64,000 nt of DNA from positions 4,654-68,653 of the forward strand of contig DF237427.1 of assembly GCA_000708835.1 (NCBI GenBank). The letters are read 5' to 3'. The position numbers and the translations under genes were made by a program. The stretch is from Klebsormidium nitens. Its lineage: Eukaryota; Plantae; Klebsormidiophyceae. Shown in pieces: positions 1 through 12,570 of this stretch. Every line of letters starts with the position of its first letter. Position 1 is the first letter of the stretch. Under the pieces are notes generated by a model, which was not told the DNA's origin, made no database searches, and saw nothing but the letters and a program-made list of their open reading frames with translations.

Positions 1-329
1 TTTCCAGTTTGGCATCTCGATTGAAGTTTCCGAGCAGTCTCGAATCACCTCACATTTCCGCTGTGACGAGATACGTTTTCCAACTTCTTCTTTGACCCGA
101 CAGCCAGTGCTTCTCGAGTGTTCCATCAACCGCATCCGGCTGCTTGTCAACTGCTTGAAACGAACCGCCCACCTGATTTCTCAAATCAGGATTCGACTGA
201 AGAAAGCAAGCTAAAGAATGACGAAAGAAGGTCACGATACATACTCAACCGTACAAGTGTGAGTCTCACCGAACGCGAAGAACCTTGAAAGTCAGGGTGG
301 TAATCCTGCACCGCTGCCTCTTGTTGCAG

Positions 330-3300
330 CCTGGTGGCCGATCTTGGCAGCACGTACAACAGCACGACGACGCTGGACCACCTGATCGGCAGCCAGCCCA
401 ACCTAGTTGTCTTCGTGGGCGACTTCATCTACGCCGACAACTTTTGCTCCAACGGCTCCCAGAACACCGCGCCCATCACCGGCTGCACCAACCAGACGTA
501 CCAGCCCAAGTGGGACGGACTCTTCCGCTGGTCGCAGGTTAGCCGGCCGAGTGCCCATGTTTATTTGCATACCCAATCGCGCGGGTTGGTAGCTTCTTGA
601 CGGCCTTTTAGGTAGCCTCTGATGTTGTAGCTTAGGGCAGCAGTCTAAATGTGAAAAGGGTTAGAGCGGCTTTGTTTTGCGGTTCCCGGACCGGCTCGTT
701 GCCTAGATATCTGGCCGGCTCCATTGCCCAAAAACAGCTACCCCTTACTTTGTTGAGGAGCTTTGAGGAGCAGTCGTCGGCTCCAAGACGGTGGATGACT
801 GTTTCTTTCCAATGGAATATATGACTGGTTGAACTAGAATGGAGCAGCTATTCCGTCAAACCAGCGACTGACGAAGCATTGAGTTATTTCGTCAAACCCC
901 GTTCCTGATACTTCCGATATGACCGATCAGCTTCGCCAATCGACTAAGAGGTTACCCTAAGAAGTTTCATTTATCTTTATGTCACCACCTGTGGCCCCCA
1001 CGAGCCGTTCCGCTTCCGCGGTTACCATCCTGTTCCCGACATTGTGACATTGGCTGTTCTTTCGTCTTGCAGCCTCTGTTCAGCCACGTGCCGTTCCTGG
1101 GTGTGATCGGCAACCACGAGATCGAGTCCCAGAAGCCGCCCAACGCGACCGACTTCCTGCTCTTCCAAAGCTATCTCGCCCGGACACGCTTCCCCACCAC
1201 CACCTCCGGCACCCAGGTAGGGACCAAAAAGTTTTCTTCCCCCTGGACGCGGATTCGCGATGGATTCGGTCAGTGACAGCTCGTTCAAACGGTAATGTGC
1301 CTTAGTGCTCTGCCTTCAAATGTGAAGGTCCCGTCCAGCTTTTTCCCTTTGCTTGCGTGTTCTCGCGGTCTCGTGCCAGCGGTAAGAGGAGTAGGAGTTC
1401 CTGTTTCTCGAGCCCAAACTCCGATTGAAAAGAGAGAAGCTACTAGAGGCGTGCAATCTTATGCGCAGTGGTGTTTTGAAAGTAGTTCCGGACCCATTTC
1501 CCTTTGAGATGCTCTCAAATCAGGGCAGTCGGGTTTTGCTGCTTTGTCAAACTTGCTGATCGATTTAGCCAAAGCGATTGATTGGTTGCTCAAGAAACTC
1601 TGCGCTACAAGTTTGTCAAAGGTATTGTTTTTGCATTTGACTTGCTGACCTTCCCTCCTCGTCCATCCGCCATCGATCCTTTTCGTCGAAAGAAAGCCGA
1701 AGTCTTGAGCACTTGAAATAGATAAGCAAGTACTAAACGGTGAAATACTACGGCCTGATCTGACGGTTGGGCTCCTTTCCGTCGTTCCTCCAGCTGTACT
1801 ACAGCACGGACGCGCCGGGCGCGCACCTGATCTTCCTGAACCCGTACACGGACTACAACACCACCAGCGCGCAGATGGCGTGGCTCATGAACGACCTCAA
1901 CACCTTCAACCGCACCAAGTGAGCTTTACGTCAAAAAGTTCCGCGATTGTCGGACCACACGCGCTTTTTGTCAATGGTTGCAGAGTCAACTTGCTCAAGA
2001 TCAAGGGACCCCGCTCTGGTGGATCTAGTTCCTTTAGGATTGCCGAGATGCTGACGAACGAGATTACAAAGTCAGCTTGCGGCTTCTCCTGGACGATTTG
2101 TTGCTGGCCGGGGGCCCGTTGTTAAAGCTGCTATCAATGAGGACCACGGTAGGATGGTTACATGTCGCGCCTCTCGCATATCATAGTATCAGGCAATAGT
2201 GTATGTTCCTCACAAGGTGCACGGAACGTCCCTCAATTTCTTCAGGGCTTTACTTCTTCTGTCTACTCGGTTTGCTACTCAGAAAATCAGCTACGATGAG
2301 TCGGCGCGCAATGCCAAACTTCAACCAGAAGTCCGTTCAAAAGCTAAGGGCCTCACTGCTCTTGATTGTCATTTCCCTGCAGGACGCCGTGGCTGATTGC
2401 CTTCTTCCACCCGCCCACCTACAACACGTACGTCAGCCACTTCAAGGAGGTCGAGTGCTTCCGCCTCGCGGTGGAGCCCACTCTGTACGCGTATGGCGTG
2501 GACCTCGTCTACCACGGCCACGTGCACGCCTACGAGGTGCGCGCCAAAGGCCGTCTTAGTTCGTTCATTTTCTCCCTATTTCTACATACGAAGCGACATT
2601 GCGTTGGTCGATTGATCAAACTTTTATATACGAAGCGACGTTGCCTTGGTCGATTCAATTTCTCCCTGATTCTCACAAACGAAGCGACGTTGCGTTGGTT
2701 GCGACTTGAGTGAACCGCGTGCCCAAGTCTTTAATATGCAGACTTCGACAAGTCCCGCAGGTTGACGCGCATTTTTGAATGTTGCTGGACTTGCCTTTGC
2801 ATCGCTCCTGCAGCTTTTTTGCAGTCCTGGTCATTCCCTCAGAACTCTACAGCGCATTATCTGGGGTATTTAAGCGGACAGGAGGCACGTGGTGCTGCAG
2901 GACCCTGTTTCTACGCTGAGTGTCATGCGCGTGCCTGAGGACTGAAAAGCTTCATTCTGAATGTAACTTTCTGATTCTCGTCCCGTCCTCTCCCTCCGCA
3001 GCGCACGAACCGCGTGTACAACTACACAGTGAACGCGTGCGCCCCCGCTTACACCACCATCGGCGATGGAGGCAACATCGAACAGGTCGCCGCCAACTTC
3101 ACCGACCCGCCGTGTAAGTCAAGACCCTCCCGAAGCAAACTCGTTCCTTACTTTCTTCGCTTGGTGTGACGCACGGCGTACCGCAACGAGGCTGTGAGTT
3201 CTGCTTCCGTTCCTAATTTGTAAGCTGCACTGGCGTATCTATCTGGATAGTTCGACTTTTCGCCAGCAGGGCCACGATTTGCTGTGCGCGACCCTTGGTC

Positions 3301-4764
3301 GGCAGTCGTGTGAGTTGAACAGCTTCGCAAGCTGCAAACTGTTTTCGGCTCTGGTTCGCGCGGCTGAAGCTGATATTATGCAAAAATCCGCGAAGGCTCC
3401 CCGCGCCGAAGGTTCCGAAATATTATGTACGTGGAATCTGAAAACATCGGAGTGGACTGTGCTAACCCGGGAACCTGTTGTTGCTGCTGCAGCCCAATGC
3501 CCGTTGAACACCGGCGCTTTGGTGCGTTCTGGTTTCATTGGCAACTGCATGACCTACCAGGCAACAGACAATGGCAGCTACTGCCCGCTTTCTCAGGTGA
3601 ACGACCACCCCGTCACATTTCTCTCGTTACGGACAATAGTCTACACGGAGCAGCGGTATCCTTTGTCGAATCCAAGTGTCGAGTTGGCGAGTTTGCGGCA
3701 TGGCGATTGGCACTTTTTTGCATTTCGCTAAGCCGTTGTAGAAGCAAACATACATGGTAACACGGAAGGAGCAAGTAACCTGCCTTCGCACCTTGTTCAA
3801 ACTTTGAATCTGGTTTTCACAAAAGCGCAAATTGCGGCTCCGTTGTCCTTGCTGTCTCTACGACCCATCCTGCCATTAGAATGGAAACGAGAATTTTCAT
3901 AAATTTTCAACCACGGACTCACATATATTTGCCTATTCATTACCTGAAATGTCAATCTTGATCGCAGTAGTTTATGTCCTAGACCGCGCTTCAGAATCGT
4001 ATGAAACCAACCAGCCCGCATGCAGTTGTCCTACGCACCCGTCTGCTTTCTTCTCTTACGCCACTCAACCGATGCAAACAACTTTCCCATGATGTTGATC
4101 TAATCTTCTTGTCATTTTCACTCGTTGTGCAGCCGTCGTGGTCTGCGTACCGCGAGCCCAGCTTCGGCCACGGCACGCTCGACATCATCAACGCCACCAC
4201 CGCCGTCTGGAACTGGCACAGGAATCAGGTGCGGCCCGCAGCATCTCGGAAACGTCCGACTGTTTGTTCGTTTGGATACCGAGCAGGCCCTCGTCGAGCA
4301 GAATTGGTATGGTGCTTGTTTTGGCTGAATGGTACTTCGTTGGAACTCTGGCTATAGAAACTTCTGTCGCGCTGACGCTCTAACAAGCAAGCCGTGGGCC
4401 GTTTTCTTTGCGGGAGAGAGTTGATTGGCAAAGCTGTACCCTCGCTGAATAAAGTTTCATACCTGTGCCTACACCAATGAGCATACGTGGAAGTGCACGG
4501 TGTTCCTTCTTGTTGTTGGCTTCGAACTGGCCTTCGTTGAGTGTCAAGGCATCAGTTTAGTAACGACTGGGTGGTTGTGTGCAGGACGGTATTGCCGTTG
4601 CTGCTGACACGGTGACTTACACCCGGCCTGTCGGAACTCAGTGCTCCAATCACCTTCAGTATGTCAACGGAACGGAGAGTGCCGGAAAGTCGATTGTCTC
4701 CTCGCGCAAGCTGCTTTGGGCAAAAGCTGAAGCAAGCATCAAAAAATGCTTCGGCGTCGCTTAG
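330..4764 (+). CDS. PAP: Purple acid phosphatase (PAP15/phytase-like metallophosphoesterase); 5' exons lie upstream of the window
   Basis: Eight phase-compatible GT-AG exons: 330-537, 1073-1216, 1794-1918, 2383-2536, 3002-3113, 3493-3596, 4133-4228, 4585-4764. All five PAP metal-ligand motifs are present: ADLG, GDFIYAD, GNHE, AFFH, GHVH. The C-terminal PAP signatures IGDGGN and YREPSFGHG are also present. Confidence 0.95.
2575..2700. repeat. Intronic tandem repeat, 3 imperfect copies of a 41-52 bp unit
   Basis: Core acgaagcgac(a/g)ttgc(g/c)ttggt occurs three times in PAP intron 4. Confidence 0.75.
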
Positions 4765-6094
4765 ATGAAAATGCATGCATTTGGTGTAATGCTCTGGAAC
4801 TTAAAACCACTTCGGCATCAAATGCCGGAGGAAAGTTTTGTCCAATCATTATTATTGTCAGGCAGTTGAATTCGGTAAGCTCAGTGCCTTTGCACTGTTT
4901 GGCAAGCCCCGGCCCCAGGATAGAGCTCAGGCACTCTAGTATGTATGTATTCACTATCGCGCTTATTCGTTTTTCATTGATTATTCGTAATTCCAGAAGT
5001 TCCTCTTCCTCTTTGAATCCACTAGCTGCTCATGCGTTGGAATTCTCGTCGTGTATGGATTGTAGTTATCAACCAGAATTGAGCTAGGGAGTGGAATTTG
5101 ACATGATTGGCTATTTCGAAATGAAGTCATTTGCATGCACAGTTCTAACTGGACAGCCGAAGGGTTATTGCATAACGGATTGAACAGTGCATAATCGATC
5201 AAACACGAATCTACTTTCCGATTCTTTTAACTATCAAATTACTATTGAATACTTTAATCCGTATGTCATGTGAGCTTAGCGCTTGGAGAGGTTGTTTGAT
5301 CAACACGCAAAGCTAGGAGTCACACGAATGTTTTAGGGTCATGCAACTCAGGCCGAAAGTTTCAATTTGAAGCGTGGCTGAATTGAACAAATGATCAAAT
5401 AAGGATATGATGCGTCAATAGAGTGATTCAAGGAGCCTTGGTCGCTTCGATCGGGTACGTTCAAGAGTAGTGGTTGTCAAACAGTACGGTAGTGCGGGTT
5501 CAACGTCACCCGGTTGCATCATGGGGGTCGCATTATGCCATGTACCGGTCGTACGTTTGATCCGACGAATTATTATGGTAATGTTAATTGAATATTACAC
5601 AAATTTGATGCAATCGAGATCATGATAAAAAGATCGAGACAGTCATAGATGATGCATGCCATGATCGATCGTTCAATCAATTCAAATACATGCGCTTCGA
5701 TCGAATGATCATGTGTGGCACATACACTAAAAGCTCGGCAAGTTTAGCTACCTTTTGACCGTCAGCCTGTTGACTGCAAGTGAGTCCATTGACCCTCGGA
5801 CTAGGCTAAGTGAGCTTGCTAAATGTTGGAACGTACATGTAATTAGATTGGCATGCACCTCATTGGCATCATTTGCATGCCAGTGAATTTGCTAGCTAGC
5901 TTTTACTCCAAAACCCTAAAATCCTAAAAAGTGGTCTGATCAATAATATACGTAAATCATATTGTATGAATGATTTGAGGACTCGGAACCATGGTTGCGC
6001 AATATTACATACCTACACGCACTATTGCACTCTGTATCTGGACAATGATACATAGTCGGCGCTACGTACAATATATCACCGCACAATTGCCGTA

Positions 6095-6244
6095 GTCAGA
6101 AACGCCACAAGACACAAGACAGTAAGGCGCATATTTTGGGGAAGTTTCTGGGGATTCTCGAGATCGTGGCGGATCTGGATCGTCCATCGGATTCTGGGGA
6201 ACTTTCAAAAAAATGCGTCTTACTGTCTTACTGTCTTAACTGAC
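6095..6244. mobile_element. Short MITE-like inverted-repeat element
   Basis: Left arm aagacagtaaggcgcatattttggggaagttt is the imperfect reverse complement of right arm aactttcaaaaaaatgcgtcttactgtctt. Outer ends are gtcag...ctgac. No clear target-site duplication (TSD). Confidence 0.5.
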
Positions 6245-7125
6245 ATATTCAGTAGAACGGTGCTTGGCTCCTCGTCGGCCCTTATGGTTTGCTCGTCGGG
6301 ACCTACTTTGCCATGATGCCTTATTTGATGAATTCATGTTCACGTTTGAACGGCCTGTTCGACGAGATGGCTGCAGGCTGCGTTGATTAGGGCCAAGAAT
6401 CTATGATGCTTCCCTACTAGGAAAGAGCGATGAATTGTATACATCCACGTTTCCAACACACAAAAATCCGATCTACGTGCTGGAGAAAGTAGTGACATGA
6501 GCGGCATGCAGAGTGCCTGGCATAGCGCCCAGATGTGACATGCGTCATGCTCCAAGCACGGATGACCAAAGACGCGATATTCTCGAGAGATGAAATGACT
6601 GCAAACATGATAGACGTTACCCTTTGAGCAGAAATGATGGCAAACGTGATGGCAAACATGACATTCGTCTGTTTATGATCATACATGGCTGCAAACGTCA
6701 TTATGGAGAAGACATCCAGCGAAACTGACTACAAAACTGGCCGCAAAAAACCCTAAAACCCTAGAGCATCCATCGACTCTACCCGAACCACATGTCTGAG
6801 CGTGTATCCAACCAGTGCAGCAAGACTGGCAACAAAAAAACTTCAAACAACACAGCTTATGGCAAACATTGTTGGTATGTTTGCTTTTATTTGAGGGCAA
6901 CGCCTGAATGTAACATGTCTCTTGTTATTGCACTTGCACATGACATGTAGCATACATATGTGAAAAAGGGCACAGATGGAATTCTTTTGCGGCTACAGGT
7001 TTCACCTCTCTTCTACCGTAGCTCTTAAACCCTAATCACCAAGATGGGAATCTACCGCCTTCACCTAAAGGTACGGACGCCCGGGAATTCTACTACGGTG
7101 TATATGCCTTTGAGGACATTTGAAG

Positions 7126-7566
7126 TCACCATTCAGCCCATCCAAGGTACCCAAGAAACGCCAGCAGAAGTAGGATGCGATACATGTTTGCTTCTAGAAG
7201 GAAGAGTGCTGGAGCGTTTGATGCGGATGTCGGAGGAGGGGCAGAAAAACTTGTTGAAGGTGCCCTACTGAAGCTGGTTGGACTTGGAGGGGTTGTGGCC
7301 GATTTACTAGGCGGGGGTGCATTAGCACAAGCGAAGGAGGCTTTAACTGCGCTCTGACAGCTGGTCGTACAATCGAAAACGTTTCCATATGCACTGCTTT
7401 TTTGGCAGTCAGTGAGACACTGGTATAGTGCATTTGTACAGGCCTGGTAATTGTTGAGTTCCTGTTCCGTGGAACTTGCAGACCTGACCACAGAGGCCCA
7501 TGCCAGAAGCATTCCTAATGAGATAAGGAGCCGGCGCTTACCGATCCACCGACGACAGACTGCCAT
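7126..7566 (-). CDS. Small secreted Cys-rich protein with Pro/Ser/Thr linker and putative GPI-anchor signal (146 aa, single coding exon)
   Basis: From ATG at 7566: basic/hydrophobic signal peptide (MAVCRRWIGKRRLLISLGMLLAWASVVRSA), 6-Cys domain, PST-rich stretch (APPPSKSATTPPSPTS...), then small-residue site (ASNA) and hydrophobic tail (ILLLLAFLGYLGW). Confidence 0.7.
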   Translation of the reverse strand: MAVCRRWIGKRRLLISLGMLLAWASVVRSASSTEQELNNYQACTNALYQCLTDCQKSSAYGNVFDCTTSCQSAVKASFACANAPPPSKSATTPPSPTSFSRAPSTSFSAPPPTSASNAPALFLLEANMYRILLLLAFLGYLGWAEW

Positions 7567-7746
7567 TTCAACGGTTGTCGAGTTTGAATGGTTGTCTGAC
7601 CTTCCTGTTGGGACAACTGAAGCAAGCAGCTGCCTGATGCAGAGAACAATTGCGCACAAGCTTAGGAAACTAATCGTTCTGGAATATTCAAGAGCCTTCC
7701 GTATTCGCTCTCTTTCTCTCTTGAGCTCTTCAACAAATCTCAAAAA

Positions 7747-7787
7747 CGGTACCTCGCGGTACTCCGATAACCGCGAGGTACCGGTAC
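7747..7787. promoter_or_regulatory. Perfect 14-bp inverted repeat containing a cluster of 4 GTAC cores
   Basis: cggtacctcgcggt (7747-7760) and accgcgaggtaccg (7770-7783) with a 9-nt loop. GTAC at 7749, 7759, 7778, 7784. About 180 bp upstream of the ATG at 7566. Confidence 0.4.
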
Positions 7788-8780
7788 TGTGAATGCTAGC
7801 CTTGAGCAGATGTTGACACACGTACTTTGTGCAGCATTTGCTCCGATAACTCGTCTTCATTGGCGAAATCATGTGGGGCCGGGCAGGCCTCCTACTTCTC
7901 TCTCTCAGCTCCGATGGAGTCGAGGGGTTTGCCGCATACGGCGATCTGTGTCAAAAGCGGGCAGCCGTCCGATGAGGGGTTCGCCGTCTTTCGCCGCATC
8001 CAGCAGCATATGACGTTAGCAACAGCTCATCAAATTGATATTCACGAGATTGTCACATCAAGAGCGGTAAAGGTAATTTTTATAAGACTGAAAAGAGTGT
8101 GCGCCGATAACTTATCCGTATGATCAAATCAGTAACCCGAAAAGACGGGGTTCGGTATATTGTTATTTTCTGTTTTGCCAAGCTTTGACACTGCAGCTTT
8201 TATTGTTGTTGTATGAGCAGTGGTCAGGGTGCCCGCATTAGCAATGTTACCTCGGGAATTTTTTCGTATGGAGGGGTCTGGCAGTCCGGCGAGAAACTCT
8301 GATGAGCATTGTGAAGCATCATGGGAGTGCTAGACAGCTCTTCGTTTGTTCGTATTGGAGAAAATCTGCAGCAGACAGGAAGCGGAGCTTGAGGGGAGCT
8401 AGGGGTTGTCAACTTGAGTGCGCAGAGGTTCCATACCTCCAGGTATGGCTATCTTGTCAAGAGAACGGTTCTGCTTTGCTTGATTATTCGGTGACTGGGG
8501 TTCCTGGGGAACCAAGCAATTCTCCATCCTACCTGCTTTGCCCGCGGCACTACACGTTTCCTGCCCTGAAAGCTTTGGTTGATTCCCAACATTGCTCTGG
8601 TAGCCCGGTAAGGGCCACTCGCTGTTGTCGGGCACTTTCTTCATTCAAACGGAGGGCACCCGTGCGATCAAGGCGCTCGCTTGCGTTTCATCAGCTGGTT
8701 CAAGCAATGGCGCGCCTGCACTCAACGGGCTCGCGCGTGTTCTCACAATTCCTGCGGACGCGCCACCTGCGGCGCGCGTC

Positions 8781-8816
8781 TATAAGGCGGCCTCAGTTGA
8801 TCCACGTGACCAATCA
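8781..8816. promoter_or_regulatory. Possible core promoter (TATA-like, G-box CACGTG, CCAAT) in a GC-rich island
   Basis: tataag at 8781, ccacgtg at 8802 and ccaatca at 8810 lie within 36 bp in a CpG-rich tract. Confidence 0.3.
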
Positions 8817-11800
8817 GTGTTGTCGATTTAAGTCTTTACCCGCAGCGCGCGCGCGTCTACGGTATAGCCAGCGGGCGACGCTGGCGGCGTCCGCGGCGCC
8901 CTTGCAGCGCGCGCGCATAAGCTCCGAGCGCTCACCTGGACATGTAGAAGGACGGCGCCAAGCCGCTCGTGTTTCCTACAGAGAATCGTTGAGAGGTTTA
9001 TGAGTGCGACTTGATTGTGCGGCAGGCCGGCGGGGATGATTTCTGATGTGAACCGTAACAGCTCTCTTCTCAACTTAAGGGTTTTGTTCAGAAGAGAAGG
9101 GTCTTCCAGGAGATGGTTAGTCGCTCAGTAAGGCAAATACGGCTTGAACCCGCACAGAAGCGTTATCTATCAGATGGACTTTGGAACATCCTTGAATCGA
9201 CAGCTTCTCTAAAACGATGGCCAAGCTTAGGTACTCATATATAAGTGTTGGAGAACGCTGGTCCGGCGACTATTGGGCAGGGACGCCAGCCAAAACTGCG
9301 CAAGACTCGCCTTTCTCGCCCAAACAAAAGAAAAGCGCAACGCGTGATCGACAGGGCAGATCCAGCAAGCCAGGCCTGAGCTTGGGGGCATTGCATGTCG
9401 GCTGAAAAAGCGCCGTACCCGTAAGAACGAGCGCTTTGTATCAGCGCGCCGCCGTACTCATTCTCTTCTAGGGTCACCCTGTTTCCGTGGATGCTTGCCT
9501 GGCCACCGCCTGTGGAACTCGATTGGCCAGCATGGAAAATTTTGTTGCTTCACTGAGAGCTAGGCTAAAATTCAACCCAAAGGTACAAAAATAAATCAGC
9601 AATCGAGGAAATTGTGGAACGGCTCCATGGCACACACTTCAAGACGCAGTGTTTCGAAAGACTCCAGACAAAGATCTCTAAATCAGAGGCTGGCTTAAGA
9701 TGGTTTTGGGACAAGACGGGTACACACGTTGGATGCTTATACAGATTGAGCGTCGAACTAAGGAGGAGACGGGAATGATTCACGGCATGACCGCGGCCAA
9801 ATAAATGACAGAGAATCTCCGTTAACCACCTGCTGTCACAAGAGAATACTCGAAATGAGACTTCAGCAGAATGCATTGAGGTATGGGCAGAATTGGACTG
9901 AAGTCAACTTCAAAGGGACACTCCTTGAAACCGTTCGAAAAAAAATGGAGTTGAACGGGCAGCGTACTTCCACACAGCAGCGAGCCATGCAGTTTGCCTT
10001 CAAGCTCTTTCTCACGTCAGGACAGCCGGTTCGTCTGAGCATCATTTTGGAAGGACGAAGCTTCTTGTTATCGACGTATATGATAGTCCCACTCCATTCA
10101 TCCATCACACGAGCAGCAAGAAGCCATCAATGCACATGAAGTGCAGCCAGGCCATCGTTTACGATGCCTCACCATATTCCGCCGTCCAAGAGATTGGCTC
10201 GCTTTGTACTCCGGTACGGTAACCAGAAGGGCACTTAACAGACGTCATGCGCGCGCACGGCCGCTCAACCAGCTGCAGTGCACCCTGGATATGTCCATTT
10301 TGGAAGAATTGAGAACGAAAAAGAAACGCAGAAACGCAGTCATACAGAGGCTTGAATCCGGAACCAAGTACCCGCATATAAAGGAAAAGCGCTTGACTAG
10401 CAGCCACTAGCAGTCATGCAGGATGCATGCAAAGGGATGGTACCTTTGCAGAGTGGGCATGAAGTGCCTCCTACTAAATTAGTCTGATGCTGCGGTCCAT
10501 TTTGTCCAACCTGTGCTTGCAAGAGTCATATTTCCTCTGTTTCCAAGCACTGAAACCGCACGGCGCCACTCGAGATCAAACCGTATAATGTTGCAATCTG
10601 AGAGCACTCGCCAAAGTAGCAAGCTCCGTTAAATCCGAGGCCTAGTGAGCGAAATCTGATGAAATTTTCAGAAAAGCTGCCTTGCATGGAGTCTGCCAGT
10701 GCTGATAGAGTAGCATCAACCTGCCACAAGCGTCCGAAATTGAAAAGGTCTCTGAGAAGCGGTGGCAGGGGCATTGTGAGCCAGTTTGCAACACTCTTGG
10801 ACCGTCGTACTAGGAAATCCATGGCATTAGCAGCTTGATTTCAAATCGAGGCTATGCAATGGTCTGGCGCCAGCAGATCTCACAGATTATTCATCGATCA
10901 ATAGAGCCGCCACACCCAATGGGCGGTCAGCTCAGCTGCAGGCCACGTTAATTAACTACACAATTCATGACCAACATGCCAAGCCTGCGCATGAGGAGGC
11001 TAGCTGATGAGATGTACACAGGTCGCCGAGCCGCGAGTCTTGAGTCGGGCGGTCGGCCATACCTGTATTAATTAAAAGAGGAAGACAGGTAGGCTCGCGC
11101 AAGCTGATCGCAATCATTCGCGAAGAGACGACTGACGGGCTTGTTCTACAAAGTGCATTCCTGAATCTCAGTCGGCCAAGGGTCGAATACAAAAGAAGAG
11201 TAAAAGTATAAGTCAAGCAGTGTAAACAGAGGTGGAGGGATGCGAGTGTGGAAAGCTACAGAATTAGGCGCATTGCGGCCCCCGCTCCAACTAGTTTGAA
11301 AATAATTGATTGCAGACACTGCTTGTTGGAAGTTCGTTGAACTAGGAGGTGGCTTGGGAGCAAAGAGAACACATCTTATGTTCAGCTGCATATGCATACT
11401 GGCACCTTCTTTCAGGTGACTCCAACCTGCTGGCTAAGCCTGGTTCAGGGCTTAAGACAAGCATACCGCAAAATGTCATGCCAATCACTGAAGCAATAGA
11501 CGCCTTGCCCAGAGAGTCAGAGACAGGATTGCAAGGTGGAGCGAAGGTTTCGAAAAGACCAGCGTGGGCATGAACATTCAAACAATCAATGATTTAAACA
11601 AATAAATAAACTGGCCATTCAAAAAGCTCATCAGGACCGTGAGAATCAGGTGTGAACAACACGCCACCAAGTAGAGTCTGCTTTTTGGATATTAAGGGAG
11701 CTGCAGGGCTTGGCATCTTATTCGGCACAAGTCATCCCAACCAATGTATCAATCTAAGAAAACGAATAAGGTTATATAGCCCTCCTTTGCGGCATTACAC

Positions 11801-12279
11801 CTCATTCCTTGTGGTCGCATTTGAACTTGGTTTTCTCAAATAGTGGGAATCGAAGGCTTCTTCGGCTCTGATTGTCCTGGTTTGTTAATAGTGAAAGCCC
11901 ACAGTTCAGTATTGCTGGGTGATAATGTAAAGATTTGGCAACAAACGCAGCTTGCACACGGTGACTAGCTGATTAACAGACTGACAGACAATCCTGCGTA
12001 TAGCATCTCAAGTGCTCCTGACGCTCCCAAAGGTCCCACCTTTTCTTGATCCCCACAGTTGGAAATAAAAGTGGGAGAAATTGCGACTAAGCTGAGCACA
12101 CAATAAGCTGACTCCCACCCTTGACTTCGATCTGGCCAGAAACCAAACGCAACGTCGCTGACTCTAGTGTACAAGGCTCAATGAGACAGTCAAGCTCAGG
12201 CTGACTAATCTCCAATAGACGCAGAATTTAGTTTTGTTGGCCAGATTGTCCTCACTCTGAGGGGTTTGGTTGTCACCGG

Positions 12280-12570
12280 AGAGACAAGCAAGTGCGGCAT
12301 TACCACCTGGCGGCCCCCAACTTGCCGCGCTGCGCGTCAAAGCTGGTTGGGCTAGCTTGCCCTAAATTGCAGTGGCCGCGATCCTCCTCACTGCTCCCGC
12401 CGGGGGTACACCTGCTGACGTCATGATCAGTCTCCTGGAAGAGTTGGAAGCCGTGTCCATCATTGCCAGCTGCCCACAGAGGCCGCGGGCGCAACTTGCA
12501 GATGCCGCCATTGTCACTGCAGAGGAATGGAGCGAGGGTGACACAAGCAGCTAGCGGTGCGACGCAGCGC
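12280..12570 (-). mobile_element. Possible degenerate non-LTR retrotransposon RT fragment (CRE/NeSL-like)
   Basis: Frameshifted pieces ...DHDV / AGAVRRIAATAI / KLGAA..PGGNAALA resemble the RPIAVGE.LRRLAA.A and QLGVG.PGG.EA motifs of CRE/NeSL-clade RTs. No intact ORF. Confidence 0.3.

Noticed and set aside
7567-7872. 102-aa N-terminal extension of ORF 7126..7872
   Set aside because: It starts at a non-ATG codon, and the signal peptide begins at the ATG at 7566. The extension spans the hairpin and is probably UTR or intron.
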